Below, in pieces: positions 14,846 to 27,367 of a stretch of 64,000 nucleotides of DNA. The stretch lies in the NCBI GenBank assembly GCA_965153455.1, contig OZ234493.1:28448213-28512212 (forward strand), given 5' to 3'. This DNA comes from Sphagnum compactum (lineage: Eukaryota). The notes below the pieces were generated by a model. It saw only the letters and a program-made list of their open reading frames with translations, was not told the origin of the DNA and ran no database searches. The first letter of the stretch is position 1; each line of letters opens with the position of its first letter. Position numbers and translations under genes: made by a program.

Positions 14846-15386
14846 TGTTTAGGGTGTCCAAACAAAACTTAAACCCCTCCTATTGGTGCATCTGGCACAT
14901 TCAAAATCGTCAAAAACAGATTAAAATTGAGAAAGTTATGCCCCACACCCCCCCCCCCCCCCCCCCCCCCCCCCAAAATAAAGGGGTCAAAAACTTGAAA
15001 AAAAAAAAAAACAAATCACTCAACATTACAAAGCCTAAACCCAATGACCCAAAAAGTTCGTCATATGTCTCTATTAGAGTTCAAGGATGATTTGTAGTTC
15101 TATAACATTTTAAATCGATTAAAATGAACAAGAAATGAGAAAGTTAGAAACTTTAAAAATAAGAGGCATCCAAAGAGAAGAGAAAAAAGAGAAAAAAAAT
15201 GCATTTTGTGAATTGAAAAACTTATTTTTTTGCTTGCTATTTTTTCATTACTCCTATTCATTTTCATTCGCACTTGAAAGATGATTTCTAGAGCTTGAAA
15301 GATGATTTGTAGAGCTTGAGGTAGCAGTCTCATAACATTTTAAATCACTCAAAATGAAGCACAGATGATGAAGATCTAAAGAAGTG
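14846..15386 (+). repeat. Dispersed repeat family (other copies ~60172-60560 inverted, partial ~54540-54660)
   Basis: ATAACATTTTAAATCACTCAAAATGAAGCACAGATGATGAAGAT and flanking blocks recur reverse-complemented at 60.2-60.5 kb. Confidence 0.7.
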
Positions 15387-15451
15387 GTAGTGACAAGGTA
15401 ATGTAGCACAGATGATGAAGATCTAAAGAAGTGATCAATGACAAGGTAATG
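15358..15451. repeat. ~47-bp tandem duplication
   Basis: AGCACAGATGATGAAGATCTAAAGAAGTG....TGACAAGGTAATG occurs twice head to tail. Confidence 0.85.
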
Positions 15452-15625
15452 ATCGGTGATGGGCAGTTCTACCCTACGAGGCTTTTGGACACTGATTGGT
15501 GATGTGGTCTTTGTGAGTTATAAAATAATAGAAAAAGCCCATCATTGCTAAGTTACCTCTTCTCCGCTCTTATTGCACAGTCCCCACAAAACAAAACAGA
15601 CGCAAACGAAAGGAACAGAAGAGAT

Positions 15626-15650
15626 GAGAGAGAGAGAGAGAGAGAGAGAG
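15626..15650 (+). repeat. (GA)n microsatellite in the probable 5' UTR/promoter of the BTB gene
   Basis: GA tract followed by a donor-like CTT|GTAAGT at ~15696. An acceptor CATAG| at 16570 precedes the ATG. Confidence 0.7.
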
Positions 15651-16582
15651 GGCGAGGTTGCGTTTGCAGAATGAGAGGAGATTGTCGCGGAACTTGTAAG
15701 TTAAACCCCAATCCATCGTTTCAATTATTTCTACCATCCAATTAGGCTGATATTTCATTTCCTGCTGTTTTTGCAAAAGTTCCAAACAGCAACCCCCCCG
15801 CCTCCAAGGGAAAAAAGATGTAGGCACAAAGATGTAGGTGCTGGTGTGGCGGAAAGCTTGAGGTCCAATTTGCCTCCATTTTGCACCTGGGAACAGCACC
15901 ACTATTGGAATCAGTCTATCACTATGATGTCATTTCCACTGTTTTATTTTTGAGTGGAGGTTTTGTTTTGGAGCGATGATGAGGAAGTGTAGTCCGGTTT
16001 GAGATTGTTGTCAATTTTTCGACTTCGTCGCGCGCGATTGGTGAAACCAGGGTTCCTCGGAATAAAGATATCGGTGTTCCGCCCTGGCGTTGATGATGCC
16101 GATTGTTTCGCGCTTCTGAATCGAGTGCAGGTGCGCGACTGTTTCTGAACCTCTTCTCTCTTCCAAATTTTCCTTATTCCAAATTTCGTGTGACGTACTA
16201 GCAAATACGGCCTTAGCTTTATGCATTTTGCCTTGTCCCAAAGAGCTTGTCAGGGTTTCCTTTAATTGTTCATCAAGCCTATTGCACACTCTTCTTGGTA
16301 GAACTATCGTCTTCTTATTCACTTCAATATTTGGATCTTCGCAAGTTCAGTTATGCTTGTTGCCTTTTGTCTCCATTCCTTTGATTAGCGTATTTTCTGG
16401 CCGACTTCTACTTATCACGATTTTCTTCTTCCCGTCAGTTCAGGGGAACGGCTGACTGCTCTGTACAATCAATAGCCAATTTTCGAAAATCTGTTTTTTC
16501 CAATGTTTGTTGTTTGGCCCTGCAACCGTTTCCAAGAAGAGTTATTACAGCATCTACTCCTTGTTCATAGGTGTTATCAGTC

Positions 16583-17473
16583 ATGATCTCTCCAGAGTTG
16601 GCAGCGATGGCTGTCAAAAAAAGCCGCTTAGAGGAAGACTTGCAAGATGGGGACGATGATCTATCAGTTGAATATTGGGGCATGTTAAGTACATCCCAGC
16701 ATACCGACATCACAATCAAGACAGAGAACGACAGTACATCGGCACATAGGTGTGTGCTTGCCACAATGTCACCTGTGTTTCGAGCCATGTTCAATAACGA
16801 GATGCTAGAGCAAAACACTGCTGTCATCAATCTCCCTGATATGAGCACACAAGCTCTCAGAGTTTTTTTGTTGCTTCTATATTGTGGCCATACTGGAGTT
16901 GATCTCGCATCTCTACAGAACCAATGTCTTTTGGAGGTTTTTGCTGCATGCCACAAGTATGATATATCATATGGTCGGAAGCAAGCATGCATCTCTGTTT
17001 TGTTAGACTCTATAACACTTGAAAATTGTTGGGAGACAATGGAGAGTGCATACACATACAATTCCATGGAGTTGTCAGAGGCCTGTAAGGCTTTTATTGT
17101 CAACAATGTCCAAGATATTCCAAACATGGTACCCATTATCTGCACCTTGGAGTTGGTAACACTGAACTCAAGCATGCATTCAAGGACAGCACAGGTATAT
17201 CCCATGAAGGTATGGAGTGCAGGAACTGTTGATAATATCAAAGCTGACATCAGGAATGCGCTTCACTGTTGCACTAAATCACGGCTGCATCTTCGTGCAT
17301 ACCTGAAGGCTGGCAGTTGGATAGACTTTGAGGATGATGCTAAGATCTCAGACATACTGGAATCTTTGTCAGATGGTGATACAAGAATAACTCTTGAAGT
17401 TTTCCATCGCCAATGTAGAGAGTATTATGGTTTGTTAAAGTTAGGGTCTCAACTCATCCAGGAATGCAAGTGA
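16583..17473 (+). CDS. BTB/POZ (SPOP-like, with 3-box/BACK-like helices) protein with C-terminal ubiquitin-like domain, 296 aa
   Basis: Uninterrupted ORF with BTB signature TDITIKT..TSAHRCVLATMSPVFRAMFNNEMLEQ..VINLPDMS..ALRVFLLLLY and AACHKYDI..ITLENCW..A..YNSMELSEACKAFIVNN. First ATG at 16583 follows the acceptor at 16570; an alternative in-frame ATG is at 16607. Confidence 0.9.
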   Translation: MISPELAAMAVKKSRLEEDLQDGDDDLSVEYWGMLSTSQHTDITIKTENDSTSAHRCVLATMSPVFRAMFNNEMLEQNTAVINLPDMSTQALRVFLLLLYCGHTGVDLASLQNQCLLEVFAACHKYDISYGRKQACISVLLDSITLENCWETMESAYTYNSMELSEACKAFIVNNVQDIPNMVPIICTLELVTLNSSMHSRTAQVYPMKVWSAGTVDNIKADIRNALHCCTKSRLHLRAYLKAGSWIDFEDDAKISDILESLSDGDTRITLEVFHRQCREYYGLLKLGSQLIQECK

Positions 17474-19326
17474 TTTAGTGTGCAGAAGTTCAGTTAACCA
17501 TTTGTACATCAGGGGCATCAGATGATGTTTGAGCTTAGACCCCATTACAGAGAGACTTATTTGTTCTGTTGCAAATATTCATTTACTAGTGGAGGAGAAC
17601 AGTTGTTTTCATTTCAAATTGTTGTCTGTTGTAATCTTGCACTCTCAATGGTGTATGTTTGAAGATGGCTCTGCCATTGCCACTGCATTTATAGTCTGAG
17701 CTGGAATTAGGGTTTCCAGCTCAGTATTTGAGCACCTGCAGTTTGCTCTTGCCGAAGATAACCTTTTGCATGTCAGTTGCACAAACATGCAAAAGGAGGA
17801 TGCTGTGTTGCATGTGTCACATTTTGAGGTCTTAATGAATAACTTATCTCTCTTTCCATATTCAAACTTCAGTTACCAATTTCTAAAAAAGTGATGGCTA
17901 CACACTTGGTTTAATGCTGAAGAGGGAATATGTTGTAATGTATTTCAATGCCTCATCTTTTGCCTTCATCATCATTTTCCATCAAATATAAGTTCTAATT
18001 TTGTTTCCAGCAGTTCTTTTCTTCCCCACAAGGCTGAATTTTGTAGAAGTTCAGCTACAGGGGTGGCAGGTTGTTGCCCTGGAGCTTGAGCATCAGGTGA
18101 TCAATTTCCCAACCTTCACTTTGATCCAAGTTTATGTTTGGTAATGTTTTGAATTAGGTGTAGAATTATGTACCTATACCACTCTTTTTCCATAGTTGTT
18201 GAGTTGCAATAAAAAGATGCAAGGATGGCTTAAGATTTCTTAAATCTTATGCTGGAGCTGAGTGTATTCAAAAAGTAAGAAGTCACTGGAGTAGAAAGCT
18301 GCAGGGAATCAAAGATGAGGAAGGAATCATGTTGTATGATGAATATCTCAGGAGTGAGCCACAAGGGATTTGTTGGAGGTCACTCGGCCACAGCACTTAA
18401 ATCAGCCACCTTCAGGTGAAGTATCAGGAGCTCCTTGTGAAATGTTATCACAAGTGAATGCTGTTGCAGAGAACACCAGGTCAAGTTCTATAAATGATAA
18501 TCTCACACTAGTTGTCAAAAATGCATAATCTTTCATCTCATGTTGAGACGTTTCAAAATAAGCATCAAATTTGTCATCAGTTGTCACCTGTTCTTCATGG
18601 TCATTTTAGGAATAGCCTGTCTAACCACTACCCTAGGATCCTTTGTTGCTGACAACAAATGTAGTGTCACTGGTTTTTTCAAGGTGGGAATCATCACAGT
18701 TAGATATATCATCATGGTCATATATGTGTCAATGGCTGGGCATCACATTCTGCTGGTTAAGCCCCTGGCTTTTTTGACTTTGTTTGTCAACCCACATTTT
18801 TTATTCATTTTATTGCAAATTCACCTTCCAAACCTTCCATTCTTAAAATACTGAAAGTTTGTGTGGAAATGAACTGGATAATGTCCTTACTTCCAAGAGC
18901 ACCATCCCATATGCTTTGATGTACGTATTGCCATCTACCATTAACTACCCGCCTGATCTTTAGACCTGTTTCTGTGAACCTGTATCTAGGCATGCCTGCC
19001 TGCTCATAGTGGACCAAAAGGCTGTAAGCACAATATGTTGCAAGTTCCAACCCCACCACAGCCCCCTACGGTGACATGACTTTCCTCTCCTTTTGAGCAG
19101 ACACTACACTAGGATTAAACTGAATGTTACAGCTAGTTCTAATTCTATCTACCTTCCAAGATGTTCAAAATTTGACTCGAATCAAATTCAATCTTAACAT
19201 CCTGACATAGCCCTGGAACGGGCAAAGAATGGTGTCAAAGTACAACAGCTGCCATGACAAATCTTCCAGCAACCTCAAGGATTCATAAAGCAGACTCATA
19301 TTGCAAAGTCAGCCTGTTTGTAGTCA

Positions 19327-22300
19327 TTAGTGTGCTAACATACCAGGTTGTTCTGGTAACAGGAATTTGTTAAACCAACACAATGTTTCCTTTGCCATAG
19401 TTGGTGTAACGACATGCCCAAGTCCTTCCTCTGCAATAAACTGCACCAGCCACATCCCACATCAGTATTGGCATGTTTAAAGACTAGCAAATCCTGTCAT
19501 AATGACAACAAACTATCCTAAACAAGAGATATGCTAATCAAACTGGCATTGTCACCTTAAAATGACTTGGCACACCCATATCATCATATACTTGAGTTGT
19601 TTTATTCAAAACACTCTCCAGCCCTCCCACTGGGCATCTAGGATCTTCTTTTCCTGCAATAAACAGAGCATTGTGGTTAGTAGCAACTTCCATATTGCAA
19701 CCTTCTCCAAGAGACAAATTCAAGCACCCAGGGTACACAACAGCAAATGATGCTCCATTTTATCCAAATGTCAGGATTAGACCTTCAGTTTTAAATGGCT
19801 ACTCATCTGGCACTGAGAGACCATTTATCACCCTATTGTTTCTATCTGAAGAGTATCCACATAGATTACAAAGATCCCCATTTCCCACAATTTTAAGTGT
19901 TTTTGCAGCAAGTCAGCTTCACAGTCTGAGAGACAAGGTTCCCAGCCATCTTGTTGCATGTCAACTAATGTTGAATAGTTCATCTAAGGACATTCTGTGC
20001 AAACAAAATTTGGATGGCTGAGGTCAAAAAACCTATTAAAGGACAGACACAAACCATTGTGTATAAGAAAAGGGCGAGGTGCGATGGCTGGTATGGTGCG
20101 AGGAGAATCAAGCTCATCCATTATGCCAGGTGCTAGTCTTTGCCAAACCTGCAAAGCAAAACTCAAATCAGATTGCTGCAGTAGCTCACAGGTTGGCAAA
20201 TGGCCACCAAATGCAGATTTGGCAGTTGACAAATCCACACCATCTGACAAGAAATCTGGACATACAGAGAGCTTTAACAAACCATGATACCAGGGACACA
20301 GTCAGGACATTACAGCAGCCACAGTTTCAGTATCAATAATCTTTCTCCCAAAATCATCTGCTGCAGCTGTTACCCAACCCCCATCCATGCTACATATTAG
20401 TTGCAGTTTGCATGTATCTCAAGGATTTTACATTGAGAGAGACAAAAGTTCACAGAAAACTTCTTCAATCTACTTGAATATACTCGCAAACCCTAGAGAA
20501 GCAGGATTCCCGCCCAATTAGCAGAGGTAAAGTGAACCAGATAGAAAACATATACAAGACCAAATGCGCATATGACATAACATTACTCACCCTGAAATGG
20601 ATATGGAATGCTGGCCACCCGTGCATGCCATTTCTCCTCCGCAATAGCCCATCCAAAAGACTTTATAACAACCGGCAGAGTAAGATCAGAAGAGTGTAAT
20701 GTTCACTAAACATCTCAATGTTTTCTAGCTACCTAACTCACAAGAATAATAGAGCAAAGGTTTTGAGGCAAAAGGATAGTGATTAATAATTTGCTTACAA
20801 TGGCTAGGTAAACTCAATTCCATGAGTGAGGGTTTCTAATTACACTGATATACTTAACCCCAAAATGTTCATGGTGTGAAAAATCATAAGATAATGTGTG
20901 GATGTCTCTATAGATGGTTGCAAAGCATGTGAATCAATATGGCTAACCTGAACACCGATGAGGGCAACAGCGACAGCAATTCGTGGATCCGCAGCCGCTG
21001 CAAACCATGTGTTCATTCCTGTGTTTATGAAGCCAAATCAGTTGCTTGTGTTTACAGGCCAATATAAAATGTTGGAAGTTACCGTCAACAAAGACTCACA
21101 TAACTTATTGACCACAAAAGTGAAACTGAACTTCTGATCCCCATCTGTACTGTAAAGACTGGGTATTAGGAGCATGCAACTGCACTTCATTCTCTAGAAA
21201 TTCTGGCTGTAGTCACATTCAAAAACTGGGATCATGAAGGGAGTGAGCAGTCCATGAAATCCATCTGCTAATCACTGCATAAATCAATGAAGATACATTG
21301 AAAATCTAGGGCATAACAAACCTCCAAGTGAAATTCCCATCATTCCAATGTGTGTAGGATCAATATCTGGTCTGGTTGTGAGATAATCCATTAGCTTAAT
21401 GATGTCCCATACCTGGCAAGATCCAAACCCACCAAGTCCATGAGCAGGCAAAAACCACTCATACTTTTGAAAAACACAAAATGCTGACATTGATGTTAAA
21501 TAAACAGAAGTGTTAACAACGCTGGTTCTTCCAGCTGCACATTACCGTGTCAAAAATGAAAGGCATTTCCTCGCCAGTCTCCCATGCAGCAACCAATGCC
21601 TGTCCGGCCCAGTACATAAGATTCCTTAGAAAATCATCAAATAATCTCACCTTCACACTAATGTTCCTTCTTAGATACAACCAACCAGAGAGAGATTCTG
21701 ATTAACTGTTTGATTCTTTAGAAAAATCAAGCAGGAGTCAAAAAGAATGAAAGAGTTCACAATACTTCAGCATATGCATGAGGGGAGTGCCCTCGATCTC
21801 CATGATGACGTGCGTCAATTGCTACAGCCACATAGCCTGAAGAAGCGTAAGCCTATCCCCAAAGGACAAGGAGAGAGTTACATAGCTAGGTAAAACATCC
21901 TGCCACAAATTTAGACCAAAGCAGACGATCCATTCCAAACACAAGATCCCTCCAAAAAAGAAGAACCCTCTATCGAGAAACAAAAATTTTGCTTTAAAAA
22001 CCTGCCCTTCTCTAAAACTAGAAATGTTTTGGGCAGATCTTTCATCTTTAGGAGCCCTAACTAGTAACAAGGTTAAGTATCATAGGGAAGTAGGTAGAGA
22101 ATGTCATTGCTTTCTATGTAGGTAGGTCAGGGACTTGGTGGCTACTAGGTAGCCGTAGTCCAATGTTAAGTGAATGTTAGCTTAACATAAAATTTTCATG
22201 GCAACCGAGGTTTAAGTCCCAAATGGCTAGCATGGTGTTAGGGGAGTCAACCCTAGAGTCCCTAACACCAAGTGTGAATGCATGCACCTTTAAGGTGTTC

Positions 22301-25300
22301 TGGCCACTCTTTCTGGTCTTTCAGCCTGGCTTGGCTGGGCAGTTTCAAATTCTTTTACTCAGTTTTTACGCATGTGAACTTGTTACCTTAACTAACCCCT
22401 AAATGTCAAGGTGGATCAAATTGGTTTGCTGTTCAGTGTATTATTGTCTTTTCTTGAGGTTTAGAGTTTAAATGCCTTCTCCTTTAGTAGGGTCTAAAGT
22501 TCTATTCCAGATTATCATCCTGATTTGTTCACAACATTTCTCAAATTATTTGTCTTTTCAAATGTGATTAAAAAAACGAAACTATAAAGAGAATTAAACT
22601 ATTTATTGCTGGATGCAATCTGCTAGTCCCCATTCATTAGCCTAATAAACCCTAAACCCTCCATTAAGTCTTATTCATTAGAATCAATGAATTCACTCAA
22701 AATTCAATGAAATCATTTTGACGTACAAGGACACCTTTTGTAATGGCTACCCTAAAAATTAAAAAAACAATATATATTTTCTAGTGTATGTATCTGGAGG
22801 GCAAATATTATTACCCTTGATAAATCTTCTGCCTCAACAACGGATGACACCATAAGTAAGTATAAGGCTCCTAAAGATCAAGAACCTTGTGCATAAGGTG
22901 CCTCCTCTGGTCTCAAATCAATCACAGCTATTGGTTTATAAAACCAAAATTCTACTGGTTCTTTACATCATGTAACGACCTTGAACAGCGCTGTTCTGAG
23001 AATTTGGGACTCAGATTTGGCCTACCTTGTGCATGCAGGGTCCTCATCCCCAGAGCCCCCCCCAATCTCAATCCTTACCCTAACACATAATGATAGAATA
23101 TCATCAAAAGGGTAAAATTCCAGCTCTTTTACAATGTACTGGCTAGAAATAAGAATCTCAGGCCTTAAGTAAAATACCACTATCTATGTTAGTACCATTA
23201 TATAAGGTACACAAACCCTCCAACAAATTTGGTTGCTTCAAAGGATTATAAACAAGTTTACCCTATGTTCACATCACTTGCTCTTGTGTGTGCATTTACT
23301 GAATGTGGAGTAGGCCCACCAGGAGGAGTGGGCACTATGCTTGGTTCCAATAGACAGAGGTCTAATGGATGTTGGATGGGATTAGGGTACGTTTCCATGT
23401 CTTACGCCCACCCACTATCCAACTGCAAATAATTTGGTAAAATTATGGGTGAAAGGAGTTTCTATCTTCGCCTCACTCTTTCTGAACCCACTTTGAAAGA
23501 CAAGAACTCACACCTGGCAGTTTCAGGTGAAGAGGGTTAATGCAACCTAGACGACCAAGTCAGAATGTCTTTGCACTTGTACACCCAGTTTTTTTTTGAG
23601 GTAAGGTGACTGGCATTTGTGAGTCTGGTGGGTGTTTCTAAATCTCTGGGGAGTGGGCGAGGCACCCATAGAAAAGTGGTGGGATTCTCATTTCAACTTT
23701 TTACACAAACACCTCTGCAACTATTGAAACTGAGGGCTTGTTATTGGACTTGAGCCTGAGTCTAACCTAGCGGAAATCTGCTGAAGCGACTAGAGATACC
23801 TTTTTAAACAAATGCTTTTATTGGAGAGAAGCAAAAAAAGCATAAGCTTAAATCAATGCTTATTCTGATGAGATATTGAATGCTTCTCAAAAGATGGAAA
23901 TTGCACGTAAAAGAAGGGACTATTTGAACCTCCTCACTTATTGCGCTCACACAAACAGGGCAGGTTTCATCTGTTGTAACTTTTTTTCCACTTTACACAA
24001 GATGAGTCCACTCAGCACTGCCACCTGACAGTTAAGGGGGCGAGCACTAGCATGACGCGACAAGAGCCACTTTCAGTGAATTGGAGGCCAAAGGCATTGT
24101 GACAGGCACGTGTCAGTTTTTGGCAGGTTTTCTTCAGCTACTATTCTCCAGCTGGGTAGCGCATCCACCAATAAAGGGCCAGTAGTACACTACACTAGTG
24201 GTTCAGCAAACCCCTATTTACATGGCAAACCCTAGACATTTGGGCTCACCATGGTTCCCTTTCACTATGGTTCAGCATTAAATGAAACCAGTGGTTCATG
24301 GAACCCCACTATTAGTGGCCACCGCTTATACCAGGAGATCTACCATATGGTTAGTTCAGATGTTAAAATCATTCTCAAAAGGGGGAAGCCAAGAAAAGAT
24401 TGAAAAACTCAGCCCAAAAAACAGCAGAATTCCACTCTCAACCGCTTTCTTGCAAAAGGAATGAAGGTCCCCCACGCCACTAGATTCCCACTTCTGATTA
24501 CAAAAATAATTGTGAACCGTTGTGTAATGTCAAATGGTTGAATTTTTTTTAATATGCAAAAATTGACAATTGTGAGTGGTGGGTAACATATACAAGTGGA
24601 CTAATGGGTGCCCTAGACAAAGTGGGTGGTTGGTTGGTGGCCCCACCATGGGGCCATACCCTAGTCCTGCTAACTCATGACTAGTGAGCCACACTACTTA
24701 ATTAAAGGTGCATTCACACCTAATGTTAAAAGCCAGTGTTAAGTGAAAATCTAGGCGGCATCTTAGGTGGTACACAATGTTAAATGGGCGATTGTTTAAT
24801 ATTAATTGAATGTTACCAGAACATCAAATCTTGGAGGTAAAATAGGTTTATGATGCATTCACACTTGATGTTAAGTCAGTGTTAAACGAAAATCTAGGTG
24901 ACATACTAAGTGGCATGCAATGTTAAATAGGTGATAGCTTAATAATGTTAAGTGAACCTAAAATTGTCATCATAACTAGGTTTTAGTCCTAAATGACTAA
25001 CATGATATTAGGGGACTTAACACTAGAGTCCCTAACACCAAGAATGAACGAACCTTTAGGTTCTAAATGACTAGCTTGGTGTCAGGGGACTTAATACTAG
25101 AGTCGTTAACACCCAGTGCGAATGCACCTTTAGGTCGAGAAAATCATGGTCTGTGAGTAGGCTTTACAGTCGTGCTTTACAGTCACAACTCTGGGCATGA
25201 GATGAGAGAGAGCAAAATGAAGATATCAGTTTGTGAATGGACACCTAATTAACTCATGAAGCACCAGCTGGATTGACATAGTGTTAGTAAGACTTTGTAA

Positions 25301-26836
25301 AAACTGTGGTTATTAGTGCTTACCTCCATAAAGGGTCTCATGGTCTCCTTACAATTCCCTGTGCTGTGCAGACACACTACCGCAGGCCTTGGTGCCGTCG
25401 TCACTGTCTCAGACGTCTTTGGCCGAATTATTAACACAGGTACGCGTCCTTGCTCCCCTTCCTACACATGCAGGATGCAGCAGGCCCCAGCACATTAATG
25501 CCACATTTAAACTTGGAAGAAACTTGAACAAGGCCTCGATAAAAAATCTCCATTCGATTTGCTCATGTAGTGTTTGCTGCAACTCTAGTTACCATATAAA
25601 TCTAGCATAGTATTGAAATCACTACTACAAGAGAACAGAATGTGGTTTTTTTCACACAAAAAGTCACTGCTCATATGACATATCGTACATTGTAATTGAT
25701 GAAACCACAAAGTTTACCACACACACACACACATGTGTCATGAGCTGCAAAAAAAATTTTGTGAGAAAAACCACTTTCCAAGTGATATGAAATTTGAGAT
25801 TCGAAGTTTTGATTTTGAGACCAAAAAAATGAAAAATTGATCAGGCACGTAAGTACATTACCTCAGTAGTTAAGATGAGGTCCTCCTCTTCAAGCTCTAG
25901 TGGCGCATTGTCATGGCAGTAGTCTCCTTTGGGACACAGTGCTAAAACCTGATCCAATGCAAAATCAAAGTACAAATCAGCTTCTCTGGACTCAAAACCA
26001 GAAGATGATGGCCCAGGGTTTTAAAATATCACATGAGTTTCAGCTTCATAATATTACATGAAGCTGCTGAAAGGCGAAACCTAGCTAGCAGAAGCAAAAT
26101 CATAACCAGGGTTTTTACAGACCGAGGGATCCGCAGGAGAAGCTTCCATTTGACAGTACGCCTTGTGCCGGTTCACTGGATAAACCTCAAGAGGAACTGC
26201 AACAAACAAAATTGCAACCAAAGGTCAGAGCTGTGTACAGCACCAACCTACCTAATATTATCGATCGACTCCACAATTCATCATATCTAACAGCACGCAA
26301 GAAACTGCTCTAGGGAAGAAAAATTTACGTCGAATATGGTACTATTCACCTTGTTTCTTCCTCCTGCTGTTTAATACTCGAAGCAGCTCTGCTCTCACCT
26401 GTTCACTCTCTTGTACCCCTTGCACCTGATCATTCAATGTGACCAATATTCAATTTGTCAAAATCCTGGTGAACTTATCACTACAAGTATGTACCAAAAA
26501 GCATTACATAAATCAAGATTCATAATCCCCTATTCTACTTAACACATGAGTTACACAGCACGCACTGACGTTCTGTTCTACAATCGTGCGTGGTCCTTCC
26601 TTCCGACAATCCAAATCCGCGGATCCTTCTCTAAATATTGAAAAACGTCCCATGAGGCACAAGACTCGATTTCACGAAATGTTTTTTCTACCGAAGATGT
26701 AGAAAAATCAAGTCGCTCCGAGGGTCATATAATATGACACTGGTAGAAAAATCAGCGTCACTCGATATAACACATTGATTCATATTCAGCAGTTCATCAA
26801 ATCACAAAGTGGATGTAGCTATGTCAAAGTTACCAT
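19327..26836 (-). CDS. Alpha/beta-hydrolase (esterase/dienelactone-hydrolase/YitV-like), ~369 aa, 14 coding exons
   Basis: GT-AG exons with consistent phases: 26836-26834 (ATG only), 26425-26350, 26196-26123, 25948-25862, 25461-25324, 21852-21766, 21599-21546, 21412-21322, 21018-20948, 20660-20591, 20366-20314, 20148-20055, 19653-19556, 19440-19327. Motifs RPAVVCLHSTG, GYVAVAIDARHHGDR, nucleophile GISLGG, NGKEDPRCP (Asp) and EGLGH (His). Resembles the conserved plant family typified (from memory) by Arabidopsis At5g25770. Confidence 0.92.
22162..22289 (+). mobile_element. Right half of the Harbinger/Tourist-like MITE family seen at 24706-25129
   Basis: AATGTTAAGTGAA...AGGGGAGTCAACCCTAGAGTCCCTAACACCAAGTGTGAATGC..CACCT|TTA matches the right arms at 24944-25055 and 25059-25129. 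Confidence 0.75.
24706..25129. mobile_element. PIF/Harbinger (Tourist-like) MITE with a second copy (24851-25055) nested inside, within the 3.5-kb hydrolase intron
   Basis: TIR AGGTGCATTCACAC / GTGCGAATGCACCT flanked by TAA/TTA. The inner copy is flanked by TTA on both sides, and left and right arms each occur twice in nested order. Confidence 0.8.
25642..25774. repeat. Small inverted-repeat element in a hydrolase intron
   Basis: GTGGTTTTTTCACACAAAAA ... TTTTGTGAGAAAAACCAC with an internal (AC)n tract. Confidence 0.55.
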
Positions 26837-27039
26837 GATCGCAATTCAGATCTCGGCGTGCCTGCGTGCGTGGACACAATGGTTTGAAGAATCGCTTAAG
26901 TGATCCAATTGATGAGCGAAGAAGGTCCAGTCTCCACTCTCTCCCTCTCTTGCGCGCCCTTCTCTCTCTCTCTCTCTCTCTGTGTCGTTGTCTCTTTGCA
27001 AGTTCTTTGTTTGCTTTCTGTCCGATTTCCTTCCTTGGT

Positions 27040-27325
27040 GGCATTCTATGTGGACCATGCAGAAGTGAACATAGCGGTGGGGTTCATGCCGCGTGGACGA
27101 CAACACTTGCAACACTTGGTTCTTTCGAAGATCTGCTTGCCAAAAGGATCGAGCTGCCACGTTGCAGTCGTTTCGTCCTCAAAAAGAAATTTCTCTCTTG
27201 ATCTCATTGCCAGCTTGGTGATAAGGGCATGGCGCACACGCCCAGTTGGCATAAAAAAAACAGGCTGGAACGAGCGCGCGAAGCATCAGCACTCCTTCTG
27301 CAGTTGCGCATGACGTGTTTTCTTT

Positions 27326-27367
<42 letters not shown>

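Noticed and set aside
16088-16152. TTGATGA...CTGA...CTGA snoRNA-like motif in the BTB leader intron
   Set aside because: Short, no convincing terminal stem, C' box or recognisable rRNA-complementary guide, and single copy.
16435-17250. 271-aa minus-strand ORF
   Set aside because: Antisense shadow of the BTB CDS with no recognisable motif.
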